A model generated the notes under the pieces. The model worked only from the letters and a program-made list of their open reading frames with translations. It did no database searches and was not told the origin of the DNA. Positions 1 to 12,500 of a DNA stretch of 64,000 nt are shown in pieces. Origin of the DNA: Heteronotia binoei (Eukaryota); contig NC_083238.1 in assembly GCF_032191835.1 (NCBI RefSeq), positions 32,054,001-32,118,000 on the forward strand, given 5' to 3'. Position 1 is the stretch's first letter. Every line of letters begins with the position of its first letter. Position numbers and translations under genes: made by a program.

Positions 1-406
1 AAGAGTTCACACTCTTAACCACTACACCAAACTGGCTCCAACTCCAAATCTGCCAAGGACTTTTTTGTAGCAGGAACTCCTTTGCATATTAGGCCACTCA
101 CCCCTGATGCAGCCAATCCTCCTGGAGCTTACAGGAAGCCCTGTGCTAAGAGCCCTGTAAGCTCTTGGAGGATTGGCTACATCAGGGGTGTGTGGAGTGG
201 CTACATCAGAGTTAAAGTGTAGGGTGGGGTATAAATCCAATATCATCAAAGATACTGGTATATTTTTAAGATCAAATTTTAGTAGCCTGCAAGTTGTTTC
301 TGGATTTTTCGTTGTCGTCGACCCATGTCCTAAGCAAGAAATCTAGGCTCATCATCATTTATCCTATTAAAAATTTGTGTAGATTCATATTAGGACACAA
401 GCTTAC

Positions 407-595
407 CTTCAATTTATCACTGTCCAGCAGCATTAACTGTTGTCCATCTATATTCCTGGCTGTAAACTCTGTGATGTACTGCTCCATGTTCATTCCTATT
501 AGCCAATGGCATACTTGTTGTGTTGTCCATTCAGAAATAGGCCTATTGTGCCACTGATTTTGTTTCCCTGTGCTCGATGGTTCATCATCTAAAGT
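407..595 (-). CDS. PPP1R9A-like: Neurabin-like coding exon 17 (SAM domain, [19 protein letters not shown]...DSDKLK)
   Basis: 189 nt, ggtcag|...|gtaagc, phase 0; SAM pattern as in neurabin-1. Confidence 0.93.
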
Positions 596-3500
596 CTGAC
601 CAAGCAAAACCAAGCAATGTAAACTAGCATGTATTCAACTGGTTAAACAAGAAGATATCATTTACTAGTTTAAGAATAATATACTTGCACATTTAATATA
701 CACATTTTTAAAAATAACATTTGTTAATCTAAACCCATGCTTAGGTCAAAATGCGTTTAAAATAGCTAGGTATTCAAATTTGTGATCCCCCCCCCCCCAA
801 ATTTAGTTTAATGTACAGTAAAATGTACTTTTCTGCCATACTTTTGAGAAACAGATATTGACTGAAATAAATTCAAGTATCTGAAATAAAATGCTAGAAC
901 ACACGTTCATGAGAAGTAATTCAGGGTCCCTCTTTCTGAATACCTTTATGAAAAAGCAGGTCTCAAAGTTGGATGCATCCATAACTTCTGGATCACCTTT
1001 AATACTTACAGGGATGACAGTATGTAGTGAATTTGTCAGACTGTCTTGCTTACAAAGTTTGAGTCCAATGGCACCTTTTAAGACCAACGAAGTTAATTCC
1101 GGGTGTAAGCTTTAATGTGCAGAAGTGTGCATGCACACAAAAGCTTACACCCAGAATTAAACTTTGTTGGTCTTAAAAGTGCCACTGGATTCAAATTTTG
1201 TTCTATTGATTCAGACTAACATGACTACCCATCTGAATCTGTCTTGCTTTCAGCTGCTGATCTTCTAGGTTCAGAACACAGTATTTCTACCACATATAGA
1301 AGTTGTACAGAAATTCCCACTTATGACTGCTTATGAACTCCCTTGAAACTGATACTAGCCAATCCAAAAGGAAAGGGAAAAAAAGCTGAAATTTCAGGCT
1401 GAGTACCATGTGTACGAGACCATATATCTATCAACTTAGATGAAATCTATTTCTACATTTATTTGACAGGACAGCATAGCCAATTTTTTACAATTTGGTA
1501 TCTAGGGTTATGACTTAGATGCATAATTAAATGCAAATCTAAATATGAGGACAGTAAGTTTTATATAGAACAGCAAGGGCTTTTTTGCTTCTTATTAAGG
1601 GTATAAAGGAAATCTTTTTTCTTCTTTTCCCCTCTCTTTCAGAAATACTATGATTTCCAAACTTAGAACCAAGAGCACAAGCAGGAGTGCACAACTCCAG
1701 CAGTTACATGAACCATAATGGATCATGTGGGCAACCCTGTGGGCAACCCTGTGAAACCACCTGGCTCCATTATGGCCCAAGTAACTTTTTTTGGGGGGAG
1801 AGGGGGCAGAACACCAACTTTTGGCTGTTTTCTGGCCTCTCAGATGTTCAAGTTCCTGGGATCCAAGGAGAAATTTCCACTAGTGCATTTCTGTGTCAGA
1901 ATGCTGAATCTGAGTCCCGACAACAGCTGAGAGAGTGGCATTCCGAGCCACTCCTCACAGGAAATGTCTCCATTGCATCCCAGAAGTTTGCACTGGGCAT
2001 CAGTGACCCATCTCGTCACTGTTCTGATGCCCTAGCCAAGAAGCTTCTAGATGTATCTATACTCTGGGATGCAGCCAGAAGTTTCCATTTAAAAACCAAA
2101 CTCCCACTGCATTGCAAATTAGGGATGTGATTAGAAGTTTAGGAAGGCAGTATGCTGTGAACCCAAGGCTCTAAAGTTAGCAACTTAGCATACAATCTTC
2201 AGCTAATGAATGTTTCGTCTCTTGGTCAAGTCCACACAGCAGACCCCTTCATTGTTTACTTATTACTACACCAAAACAAAACAAAACAAAACAAAACCTA
2301 TTAAGACGATCATACACCTATATTCTTTGAAATTCTACCACTGCTTAGACTTGCCATATGATCTCTAGTAACTTTTCTTTGTATTTAATTCATTCTACCT
2401 ATAACAAGTTCTGCTGTAACTATAACAAGTTTCTAGCTGTAATTGGGTTGAAAAGTGTTTATCAGAACACCCCATTCCCTCTGGACTTACAGCTCATTTC
2501 CTTAGATTATGACCATAACGTGTAAAGTTATTATAGATGCTTTTCTGATCTGTGCACTCCTTGCAGACCATGACGTTTTCTTACATGTGCTATCTGCAGG
2601 GAGCCTAAAAAGCTTTCAAATTAAACTGAGCTGCTGGTCATGATATAATAGTGCTAAATCTGCACATGCAGGAGAACTCTGCAAAATCAAGGTTCAATGG
2701 CAGCTGCTTGTATTGTTGAAGTGGCAATGTGCATTTCAACTTAAATGTTAAAACTGAAAAATGAGTTGTGTTTTCAATGAGTTTTGTTAATATATTTTGT
2801 GGTATTTTTGTTCATGAGAGTGTGTGTGTGCAATTGTGCATATCTGGAAGTCATGGCAACCTCTGGCGACTTACCCTACTGGGGGTGTGTGGAGGATATT
2901 CAGAGAGGTGGCTGAATACAGTCTGTCTCTGCCTCCATGCTCTGGTATTCCAAGGAGGTCTCCCATCCAAGAACTTGCCAGAGTCAACCCTGCTTAGCTT
3001 CCAAGATCTGATGAGATGGGCTTGCTTGGGCTATCTAGGTCAAGGCTGGAGTCTTGTTAATTTCTAAGCCAGCAAACCCTTCCCACCCCAGCTCCACCTT
3101 GCTCTTCAGCATTTCCTTCTGCTAGTGCTGAATTCTTGTGGGTAATTTGAAAATGCACCAGAAAAGTCACAGTTTAAAAATAACTGGATCATTTAAAACA
3201 AAACAACAAATTCAAAAATGTATTAGTAAGTGGTGTCTTTGGATTCAGAACACCTTTCTTCTTACTCAGTTCTAAAATATCAAGTCTTCCACCTCTAATG
3301 GAAAATATGATTTTATAAAAATAACACTGCTTTATTAAAACATTTTCAGTAAACTATGTACATATGCTTACTCAAAAACAATATTAGTTTTTTTAATTGG
3401 CTCCAATTCATTCTTCCTTGTAAACTGGTAAACCCACCACTTCTAAAGAAGGAATTGAATGCAAGATACACCAATTCCTACCAAAAGATAACAGTAAAAG

Positions 3501-6500
3501 ATATTCCTGCTGTTTTAAGAGTGCAAGATCTCCACACAGGAGAAGAAAGATGAAGAACTGTACCTGGCTAAATACAGAAGGGCACAGAACAATATTTAAA
3601 AGGAAAAAAAATGGAAGGTCAAAAAAGCATAAACAGAGAAGTCAGCCAGTACTGCAAAGAAACCATATCTGTTCCACAAACAAAAGAATTTTAAAAGCGA
3701 TTGTAATCCGGATGGCAATGACTAGATATCTCATGAAGGACTGTGAAGTTCAACAATGAGGATGACTTAACTCACACCACATCACTGAAACCTGCACAAT
3801 ATTTTATTAAAAATCTGCTTACCTGTAACTGCTGTTCTTTGAGAGGTTATCTATACATTCACATGGATGGTCTTTGTACCTGTGCAGAGCAACAATTCAG
3901 ACATTGCTGTGACTAGCTTTTTGACATGAAGACCTGGTCCTCATGAGCACAGCCTCAGACTGTATGTGCTCCAGAGTAACATATGAATAGTTTCTTATCT
4001 TGCCTGAAAAATGAAAATGCCCTGTTCAGGTCAAATGATCAATGTTCTGTCTGTGTCTGATGAGGGAATGAGAGTTCAGCAGAATCAAATTCTGATTTAA
4101 GTAAAAGCCTGAGATGACCTTTGTAAAAAGGCTATTGTCAGGTATCACCTTCACCTTCTCTTGATGAAAATTGATGTAAGGAGGATCCTATCTCAGTGTA
4201 CAGAGTTCTGCAGCTCATCTTGCAGAACATACATAGATAACAAAGGCCACTTTGAAGGTGATGAGGCTGATGTCAACTGTAGCCAGTCTCAAAGGTTTTA
4301 CCCATTACTCAGGGACCAGCTGCAGATCCCATGCAGAAAATGGGAGTCTGGATTGGAAGATCCAGGAATAACTGTTTCATTAGAGATCGTTGGAAAAATT
4401 ATTGAACTTTGAGAAAAGGTGCTGAGATCTCTGAATTATGCACGAAGCTGAAGATGTAGCAGGTGCTCCAGAACAGATGTTGGGGGGGCAGGTAGATGGA
4501 TTCTACCCATACTGGGAAGCAAAGAAGGTGAATTGCTTCCACTTACACAATCTCCACATAGATGGCTTCCATGCATTCGAAGGATCCTCCCTCAGACTTT
4601 CTCTAATCTTTTAGTTGGCTCAGTCCTCCAAAGTGCTGGTGCACAGAGTCCAGCTACAAGATCCTGCTGGGATGCCGTCACAAGTTTCAAGTCCTGGTGA
4701 GGAGGATGCAGTGACTCTTGGGACTTCTGCAGCGCTTAAGGGAACCACAGCTGGAGAGGCTAAACTGGGGTCATTAGGATGGTAATCCATGCAGTCCCTC
4801 TCTATTTCCCTCAAGATTTTGATGACAAGGGTGATAGGATGCAAAGCACAGAATAGAAATCCTGACCACTTCTGTAGGAAGACATCTCTTAGAGATCAAT
4901 GATCAATTACCCTTCCCTGTTCTGGGACATAATACTGCAAAAAAGGTCTATGTGGGGAAACCTCCATCAACAGAAGAATGGACCAAAATACCAGTTGTTG
5001 CATTTCCACTCCCTAACCATAGGGCACTGATGACTGACAGCATCAGCACACACATTGTCCTGGGCAACAATATGGATGGCAATGGGCATGATATTGGATA
5101 TGATGCATCTCTTTCACAGGCAGCAGGGTAGGCTCTTCAAAGCATGGGACCATGCACTGTTGGTGGCCCACCTGTACTACTTTGCTGTTACCTGATGAGA
5201 AAAGCACAATCACATCCAGGAGTTCCAGAGAAATGAGGTGGAACTTCTTTTTTTTACACTGCCCAGGGACAACTGAAAGAATTAATGTTGCTTTTGGAGC
5301 CCTGTCTAGAGATGTCTGAGAGCAGAGTGCAATGAGGTTTTGGTGGTAAGAATGGGTTACCCTGGTCAAAGATGTCTTAATAGCTCCAGCCTGAGTCAGA
5401 AAGGCAAAGAACTGTATCTTAAGAGTTTGGGGCTACTTTCCTCAAGGAAAAATCTTCATGCCACAAAGCTAGCTCTACACATTTTGAATCATTGCTTTGC
5501 ACAATCATAAAATCCACCAATGTGATGCAGAGACCATGCAGACGTATGTTGGTCTTAACAGTAACTGAATAAGCATTACCCATTACAATTAAAAAGACAA
5601 GCACCTTTCCTTTAGAAATGAATATCTCTGTATTCTGAAACGTCATTCACAAAAGCTGCGGTATTTGAAAATGTAACCATGCTCAAAGTAAACTGCATTG
5701 GCTAGTGACGCCATTAATTAATGAGCTGCCTTCCTACACAGTAGGGATGTATTTAAAATGTAACTGATTTGCAGTTTTCCCCCATTGACCTATTCTGTAA
5801 ATATACATTTTTATTTTATATAGTTTATAAAACTCAATGAACTACTAAATATTTAAATAGTTAACAACTTGCAAGTAAGATTAGTTGATGAAAGCATCAT
5901 ACATACAGAATTTTACCAGTACGAATTAACTCTCACCTAATATAGACGTATATTTAATACACTGTATAGGAAAATTTAATTTCTTTTAATCTTGCTCTGA
6001 TAACAAGTGCTGCAATTTTATTTATAAAACGATCTGCAAAGCCATATAAAATATGATTAGCGAGGGGCTGTGGCTCAGTGGCAGAGCCTCTGTTTGGTAC
6101 ACAGAAGGTTTCAGGTTCAATCCCCAGCATCTCCAGTTCAAAGGATCAGGTAGGCAGTGATGTGAAAGACCTCTGCCTGAGACTCCGGAGAACTGCGGCC
6201 AGTCTGAGTAGCCAGGACTGACCATGATGGACCGATGGTCTGATTCAGTATAAAGCAGCTTCTTGTGTACTTCATGTATGTGCAAGTTAGCCTTTATTGG
6301 ATGCCTTTATAGAACTAGAATTAGTAAGGAGCAAATAAATGTTCATAAAATGTTCTTTGCTTGGGTACATTTTTCAATATCCGGTTATCAAAATACTAAG
6401 GTGCAATGATGATGACTACCATTTTAATTTTAGACAAACCAAAATGGTATAATGTAGACTGAATGATGACATCAACAATATACACAGACACACTAAAACT

Positions 6501-9500
6501 CACCTCATTTGAAGAGAAGGTTAAAGTGTGTGAACGCCCTGAAAGACTGGGCTCTGTCACTAACCCTGAGAGATCACAACTTGGATTGCTATGGTATGAA
6601 TCATCTATGACAATTCTACTCTGCAAACAAGTGAAAATAATGTTTTGTTAACTTACCCCTGGGGGATAGTAAATCGCAAGGAGACACAGTACCTTAAGCA
6701 TGTCTTTTTTAAAAAAGAATCAACAGCTTCAATTTCCAGTCAGCTTTAATCAATTTTAGCTAGAATAACTTACACTAATTTTTCCCATCTTACAACACAC
6801 AAATGTGGGTTCTTTCTACTTGATTTGTAAAAATGAACTTTCAGAAAATCCCAGAAGTATGCTAGCAGTGCAATCTTTACACCCTTCTTATTGAAGTTAA
6901 TGGGCATGGAAGCATATAACTCTCCTTAGAGCTGCACTGTGAAGAGAATGTTTATAGTGCTGGTGATTCCCTTCAGACCGAGATGTATCTGAGGAACTGA
7001 GGGCAAAAATATAGGTAATTTTTTTTGATGAGTCTGTTCTGGCCACTCAAATATCAACATACCCACTGAACTGATAGGTTAAACAGATTATCTGAATTCC
7101 CAGCTTTCATTTTTTGAAAAAGTCTCTAACTTCTTCCTATATGAATTTGGGGGAGGAGGAGGCATATCTCCACAAGGGAAAAACTTTTTTAAAAAAATGA
7201 AAGCTTGGAATTCAGAGAGCCTGCACACCCTACTATTGCAACAGTATATTGATCTTTCAGTGCCATTTTTAAAAGAGATTAAAATTAAATCAATCAGCTT
7301 TAGGGGGGGAGGAGAGGGAGTGGTGTGACAATGACAGTCCTATCACTGAAAAGTGGGCTGGAGGCGGGGGGGGGGGGCAGGACAAAGAAAACCAACAGAA
7401 ACTTTATGCACAAGGAAAAAGGCAAACTTCCAGGAAAAGATCAGGATAAAAGTGGTTTCTAAAGCACCAGAAAAAAGGAAAAAAATAAAGAAGTGAAGAC
7501 TAGAGGCACAAAAACGTGTGCAGAAACTGGGGGATAAACCAAAGCAATATGGGGCCAGAATGGACACACATACAAACACACACACACACAAAAGCAGAAG
7601 AGCTTGCGATTTGGATAAAATAACTAACTATAGCTTGTTGAAGCATTTCAATCTGAGCACCTTGGAGCAAAGAGGAAAGAGCAAACATGCAAGGATTGCC
7701 CAGGCTTAACAACTAGTAGGCTTCCCAATCCCCGGGCCCAGTGGGGGATCCCCTGGTTTTACAGGCTTCCCCCCTCCCCCAGCCAGCTGGCCGGCGGGGG
7801 AAGCTCCACCCCCACAGCTATTATGCACCTCCATGAACAATTCCCATAGGGAATGATGGGGAATTGATCTGCAGGTATCAGGGGCTCTGGGGGAGCTGTT
7901 TTTGGAGGTAGAGGCACCAAATTTTCAGTATAGCATCTAGTGCCTCTCCCCAAAATACCCCCCAAGTTTCAAAAGGATTGGACCAGGGGGTCCAATTCTA
8001 CGAGCCCCAAAAGAAGGTGCCCCTATCTTTCATTATTTTCTATGGAAGGAAGGCATTTCAAAAGGTGTGCTGTCCCTTTAAATGTGATGGCCAGAACTCT
8101 GTTGGAGTTCAATTTTGCTTATCACACCCTTGCTCCTGGCTCTGCCACCAATGTCTCCTGGCTCCACCCCCAAAGTCTCCTGGCTCCACCCCCAAAGTCC
8201 CCAGATATTTCTTGAATTGGACTTGGCAACCCTAACAACTAGTTACATATAAATCATGTCAGATTTATACCACACAAGAGATACACCAGACATACTACTA
8301 ACCAACAGCCTGATGCATTTTTCTAACCAAATGTAAAATACTGACTTCCTAACTTCCTAATATACATCTTAAATTTCAAGAAGTTAAAAAAAACACCCAA
8401 ATTCTCAATATACTGAAATTCTTTCACTGTTAACTGTTAAGATTTAATTCTTACATGTATCAATTTAGGCAAATAGAATTCATACACACACACGTGCCTT
8501 TATGTGAGCAACCAAATCAACTGGTTTTGATTCACATCTAGCCTAGATTTAACATGCTTAGAGCAAATTACCTGAATTATCATTCCCTTTCTCCTATATA
8601 ATGTTACAGTGTAAAATGCTTAAAAACCTTACAACAGCAGCAGTTCTCAAAGCATAAGTTGAGACCCAGAAGTGAACTGTCTCTCTCTCAGATGAACTAT
8701 TAAGCCAGAACAGAAGAGAAAGAACAGGGTAAGCTGTACGAAGCAGCTCTGCAAGACTTGATGACAAACTGGAGTTTGGCTCTGCATAATGTGCCCTTTC
8801 TTCTGTCTATAAAAGGAGAACTATGATCTAGTGCAGTACCACTAGTTGGGAGAGGCAATAACTGTAATCAGCATTTGTATTCTACTCATTCTTCAAGGAA
8901 CACCTAATTACATTTCATCCTTTAAGTCTAATGACCTGTCCAAAGACAGCTAGTGAACTTCAACCTTGTCCAAGTTCACAACTCTATTACTCAGCACTGA
9001 CCCGCATTTATTAAACCATCAGCATAAACCTGTTTCCTTGGCTACTGTAGAGAAGGCCACACCTCAAGTTGGGATGTCAATCAATTAGTCCATCAACTCC
9101 CTCCTTCCCCCACTATTTAACCATAATCCAGTAGCAGAGAATCAAACCTCCCTTGAAACTTACCTTGAAATGGAGAAGGAAATAAGGGAGGGCATTAAAG
9201 CAAATAATGCTGTGACACTGGGTGACTTCAGCTACTCTCATACTGACCAGGTAAACATGTGCTCAAATCATGCTACAGAAATGAGATTCCTAGAAATCAG
9301 AAACCCTAACCTGGACAGCCCAGGCTAGCCTGATCTCAAAGATCTTGGAAACCAAGGAGGGCCAGCTCTAACTAGTATTTGAATGAGACCTCTAAGGAAT
9401 ACCAGGCAGAAAGGAAGGAAATAGCAAATCACCTCTGAACTTCTGTTGCCTTGAAAACCCTAGCAGGGGTGTCAAACTCATTTGTTATGAAGACTGGATT

Positions 9501-12500
9501 TGACATACATGAGACCTTGGCGGGGCGGGCCCTATGAGTCATAAAATGTAATGCCAGGTACCAGAGATGTAAACTTTATAAAAGGGCACAAACACAATGA
9601 AAATTTTTTTAAAAAATAAAATGCTTAAAAGATCAGTGCTCTCGCAGTATTTTGTTTATTTAACATTCTCTGGACGGCCACAGAATAAAAAGATTGCTAA
9701 AGAAAATGGGAGATGTAAAAGAAGCTAAATGAACCGTTTGCATCTGTGTTTACTGTGAAAGTGTAGGGGATGTACCCGGGCTAGAGTCCCATTTTCAGGA
9801 AAGGAGTCTGAAGCACTGAATCAAATTATGGTGATAAGAGATGACTTTTTAGGCCTACTGGGGAAAATAAAAATCAATCTAATTGGGTCTAACTGCATAC
9901 ACTCAAGGGCTCCTAGGCAATTCAAATGGGAAACTGTTAATCTAGTAACCAGTATATGTAACTTGTCACTAAAATCACTGTACCAGAGGACTGGAGGGTA
10001 GCAAAAGTTACACTGATTTTTTTAAAGGTAATTTCAGGCCAGATAGACTAATGTCTATCTTAGCAAAATCAATCAAACGTCAGATTTTTAGGCACAAGAC
10101 CTGCTAATGGAATATCAGCATGGCTTCTCTCAAGTGAAGTCCTGCCTAACTAACCTTCTGAAGTTCTTTGAGAAAGTTGACACACACACACAGAGATAAT
10201 AGTGACCTGGTTGATATTATACAGTTGAACATTCAAAAGGCTTTTGACAAAGAACCTTAACAAAGACTCTTGAGTAAACTTGGCAGACATGAGATAAGAG
10301 GATGTGTCATTTTATGGATTAAGAATTGGTTAAATGGCAGAAAGATAAGAGCAGAAATAAGTGGACAGTTCTCTTAATGGAGGAAAGTAAGCAGTGGAGT
10401 CCCAAAGCATTGGTATTGGTGCCAGTGCTATTTAATTTGTTCATAAATGATCTGGAACAGGGGGTGACAAGTATAGTGGTCAAGTCTGCAGAGGACAAAA
10501 GTATTCAGGATGATGAAAACCAATGCTGACTGAAAGCTCCGGGAAGTTCTCCACAAATTGGGTGGATGTGCAGCATGCGGCAAATTAAGTTCAGTATAAG
10601 TAACTGTAAGGATCACATTGAAGCAAAAAATCCCAACTTCACATACATGCCAATAGAGTTTAAACTTGCAAAAACTGAGAGGGAAAAAGACCCTAGGATC
10701 ATGGTAAATAGCTCAATGAAAGTGTCAATCCAGTGTACTATAGCAGTAATAGTGGCAAAGTTAGTGATGGGGATTTGTAGGATAGGGATTGAAAACAAAA
10801 CAGTCAATATCATAATGCCTCTGTACTGATCTATGGTTCAGCCTCATTTGGACTACTGTGCACACTGTATCTCAAAAAGGACATTTCAGAGCTGGAAAAA
10901 GTATGGCAGGACACAGGACAACCAATATGATTAAGCAGTTGCAACTCCTTTCCTGTGAAGAAAGGCTGAGCACTCCGAGACTTTTCAGTTTAGAAAAGAG
11001 ATGACTAAGGAAGAAAATTATGCATGGGGTAGAGAGAACTGACATGGAACTTTTTCTCTCTTTCCCTAATATAACTCAAGGGCATCCAATGAAGTAAATT
11101 CAGGGCAAAGGAAAATACTTTTGTGAGTAAAACATGGAATCTGCTGCCCGATGATGTAGTTATGGCCAAGAGCATAGATGGCTTTAAAAGAGGAATTAGA
11201 CAGTTAATGGAGGATAGGTGTATTCGATGCTATGGAACTAAGGAGGCAACAAATCTCTAAATATCCATGCAAGGAGGCAGCATCAGGAGAAGGCCTTAGT
11301 CTCTGAGCCCTGTTGTTGGCCCTTCATAGTAAGTAACTGGATGGCCACTGTGTGAGACGGGATGCTAGACTAGATGGACCACTGGTCTGATCCAGCAAAA
11401 CTCTTCTTATAGTCGTATGAACGTATTTAATCATCTAGGAATTAATTTGCCAAATTGAAATGTCACATATCTGCTCCTGACACAGTGAACCTTCTCTCTT
11501 AAGGAAATGAAAAATGCTGCTGGAATAATTCTACTCGGTCACTTCATTAGTTATTTTTAGAAATTCTCTTGATCTTTAACTCTCCCCATAAGGATATTTT
11601 CCCTACAGTATCAAAATCCAAACATAACAGAAAACAAACAAACAGCATAAGAAGAAACTAAGAACAGACAGGATTCAGGCTCCTCTAACCATGAATTCTG
11701 AATTACATTATATATCACAGGCATAAGGGAAAGAATGAGGAAGAACACACGTTTGAGTATTAATTATATACATGAATATAACTCTAAACAGCTGGGACAT
11801 ATGATAAGAACTGTAACATTTTCACTGTACTGTTCAAAGTTCCTATACCCAAAACTCATCTGCAAAGTCTGATACAATGGATCTATTCTTCTCTCACTGT
11901 CCCAGAGAAACCACATAGAAAAATAGTCAAAATTACCCCCAATTGTGTGCAACAGCAGTCACAATTAACCAAAAGTGCAAATGCAGTTCATTACAGAAAA
12001 AAATATATGATTATTTCAATTCAGATACACTGAATCTCTCTAAAGGCTGTATAGAAAGGAATATTCACTAATCATGCTGTAAAAGAAAATGCAAAAACAA
12101 TAAGAGGAAACCACAAATAAATGCAAATACGAAAACCAGAAAGGTTCATGGTTATATATTACTGGCAACATATTCAAACTATTAAAGTATATAATTCAAA
12201 AAGTCTTAAAAACACATTTAGCACAAAGCTGATAACATCAATTTACACAAGTGAATTCCCATGACATCAAATTGACTCGGCAAAAACCTGGCAAACTGGG
12301 AAAACTCGAATCATCAGTCCAAGATATATCAAATTCTACCACAATCATTTCCACACTTTATGAGGCAATCATAATGCCATTTTTCAGAGATTGTCAGTCG
12401 TGCAAGAGCTAAACCCCAATTCCATGAGTTGATCACGGGGCCAGCAGCATGCTGGAGCCGGCCGTTTCACACTGAATGACTTCGTCAGATGTTCAAAACG

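Noticed and set aside
6650-6665. Donor-like GG|GTAAGT just upstream of exon 16
   Set aside because: Only ~35 nt from the next acceptor, too short for an intron.
9158-9195. Pyrimidine tract + AAG|GTAAGT on the minus strand, resembling a recursive splice site
   Set aside because: The tract is the antisense of a purine-rich CR1 endonuclease fragment (LEMEKEIRE), the acceptor is AAG and the intron is only 12.5 kb; most likely chance.
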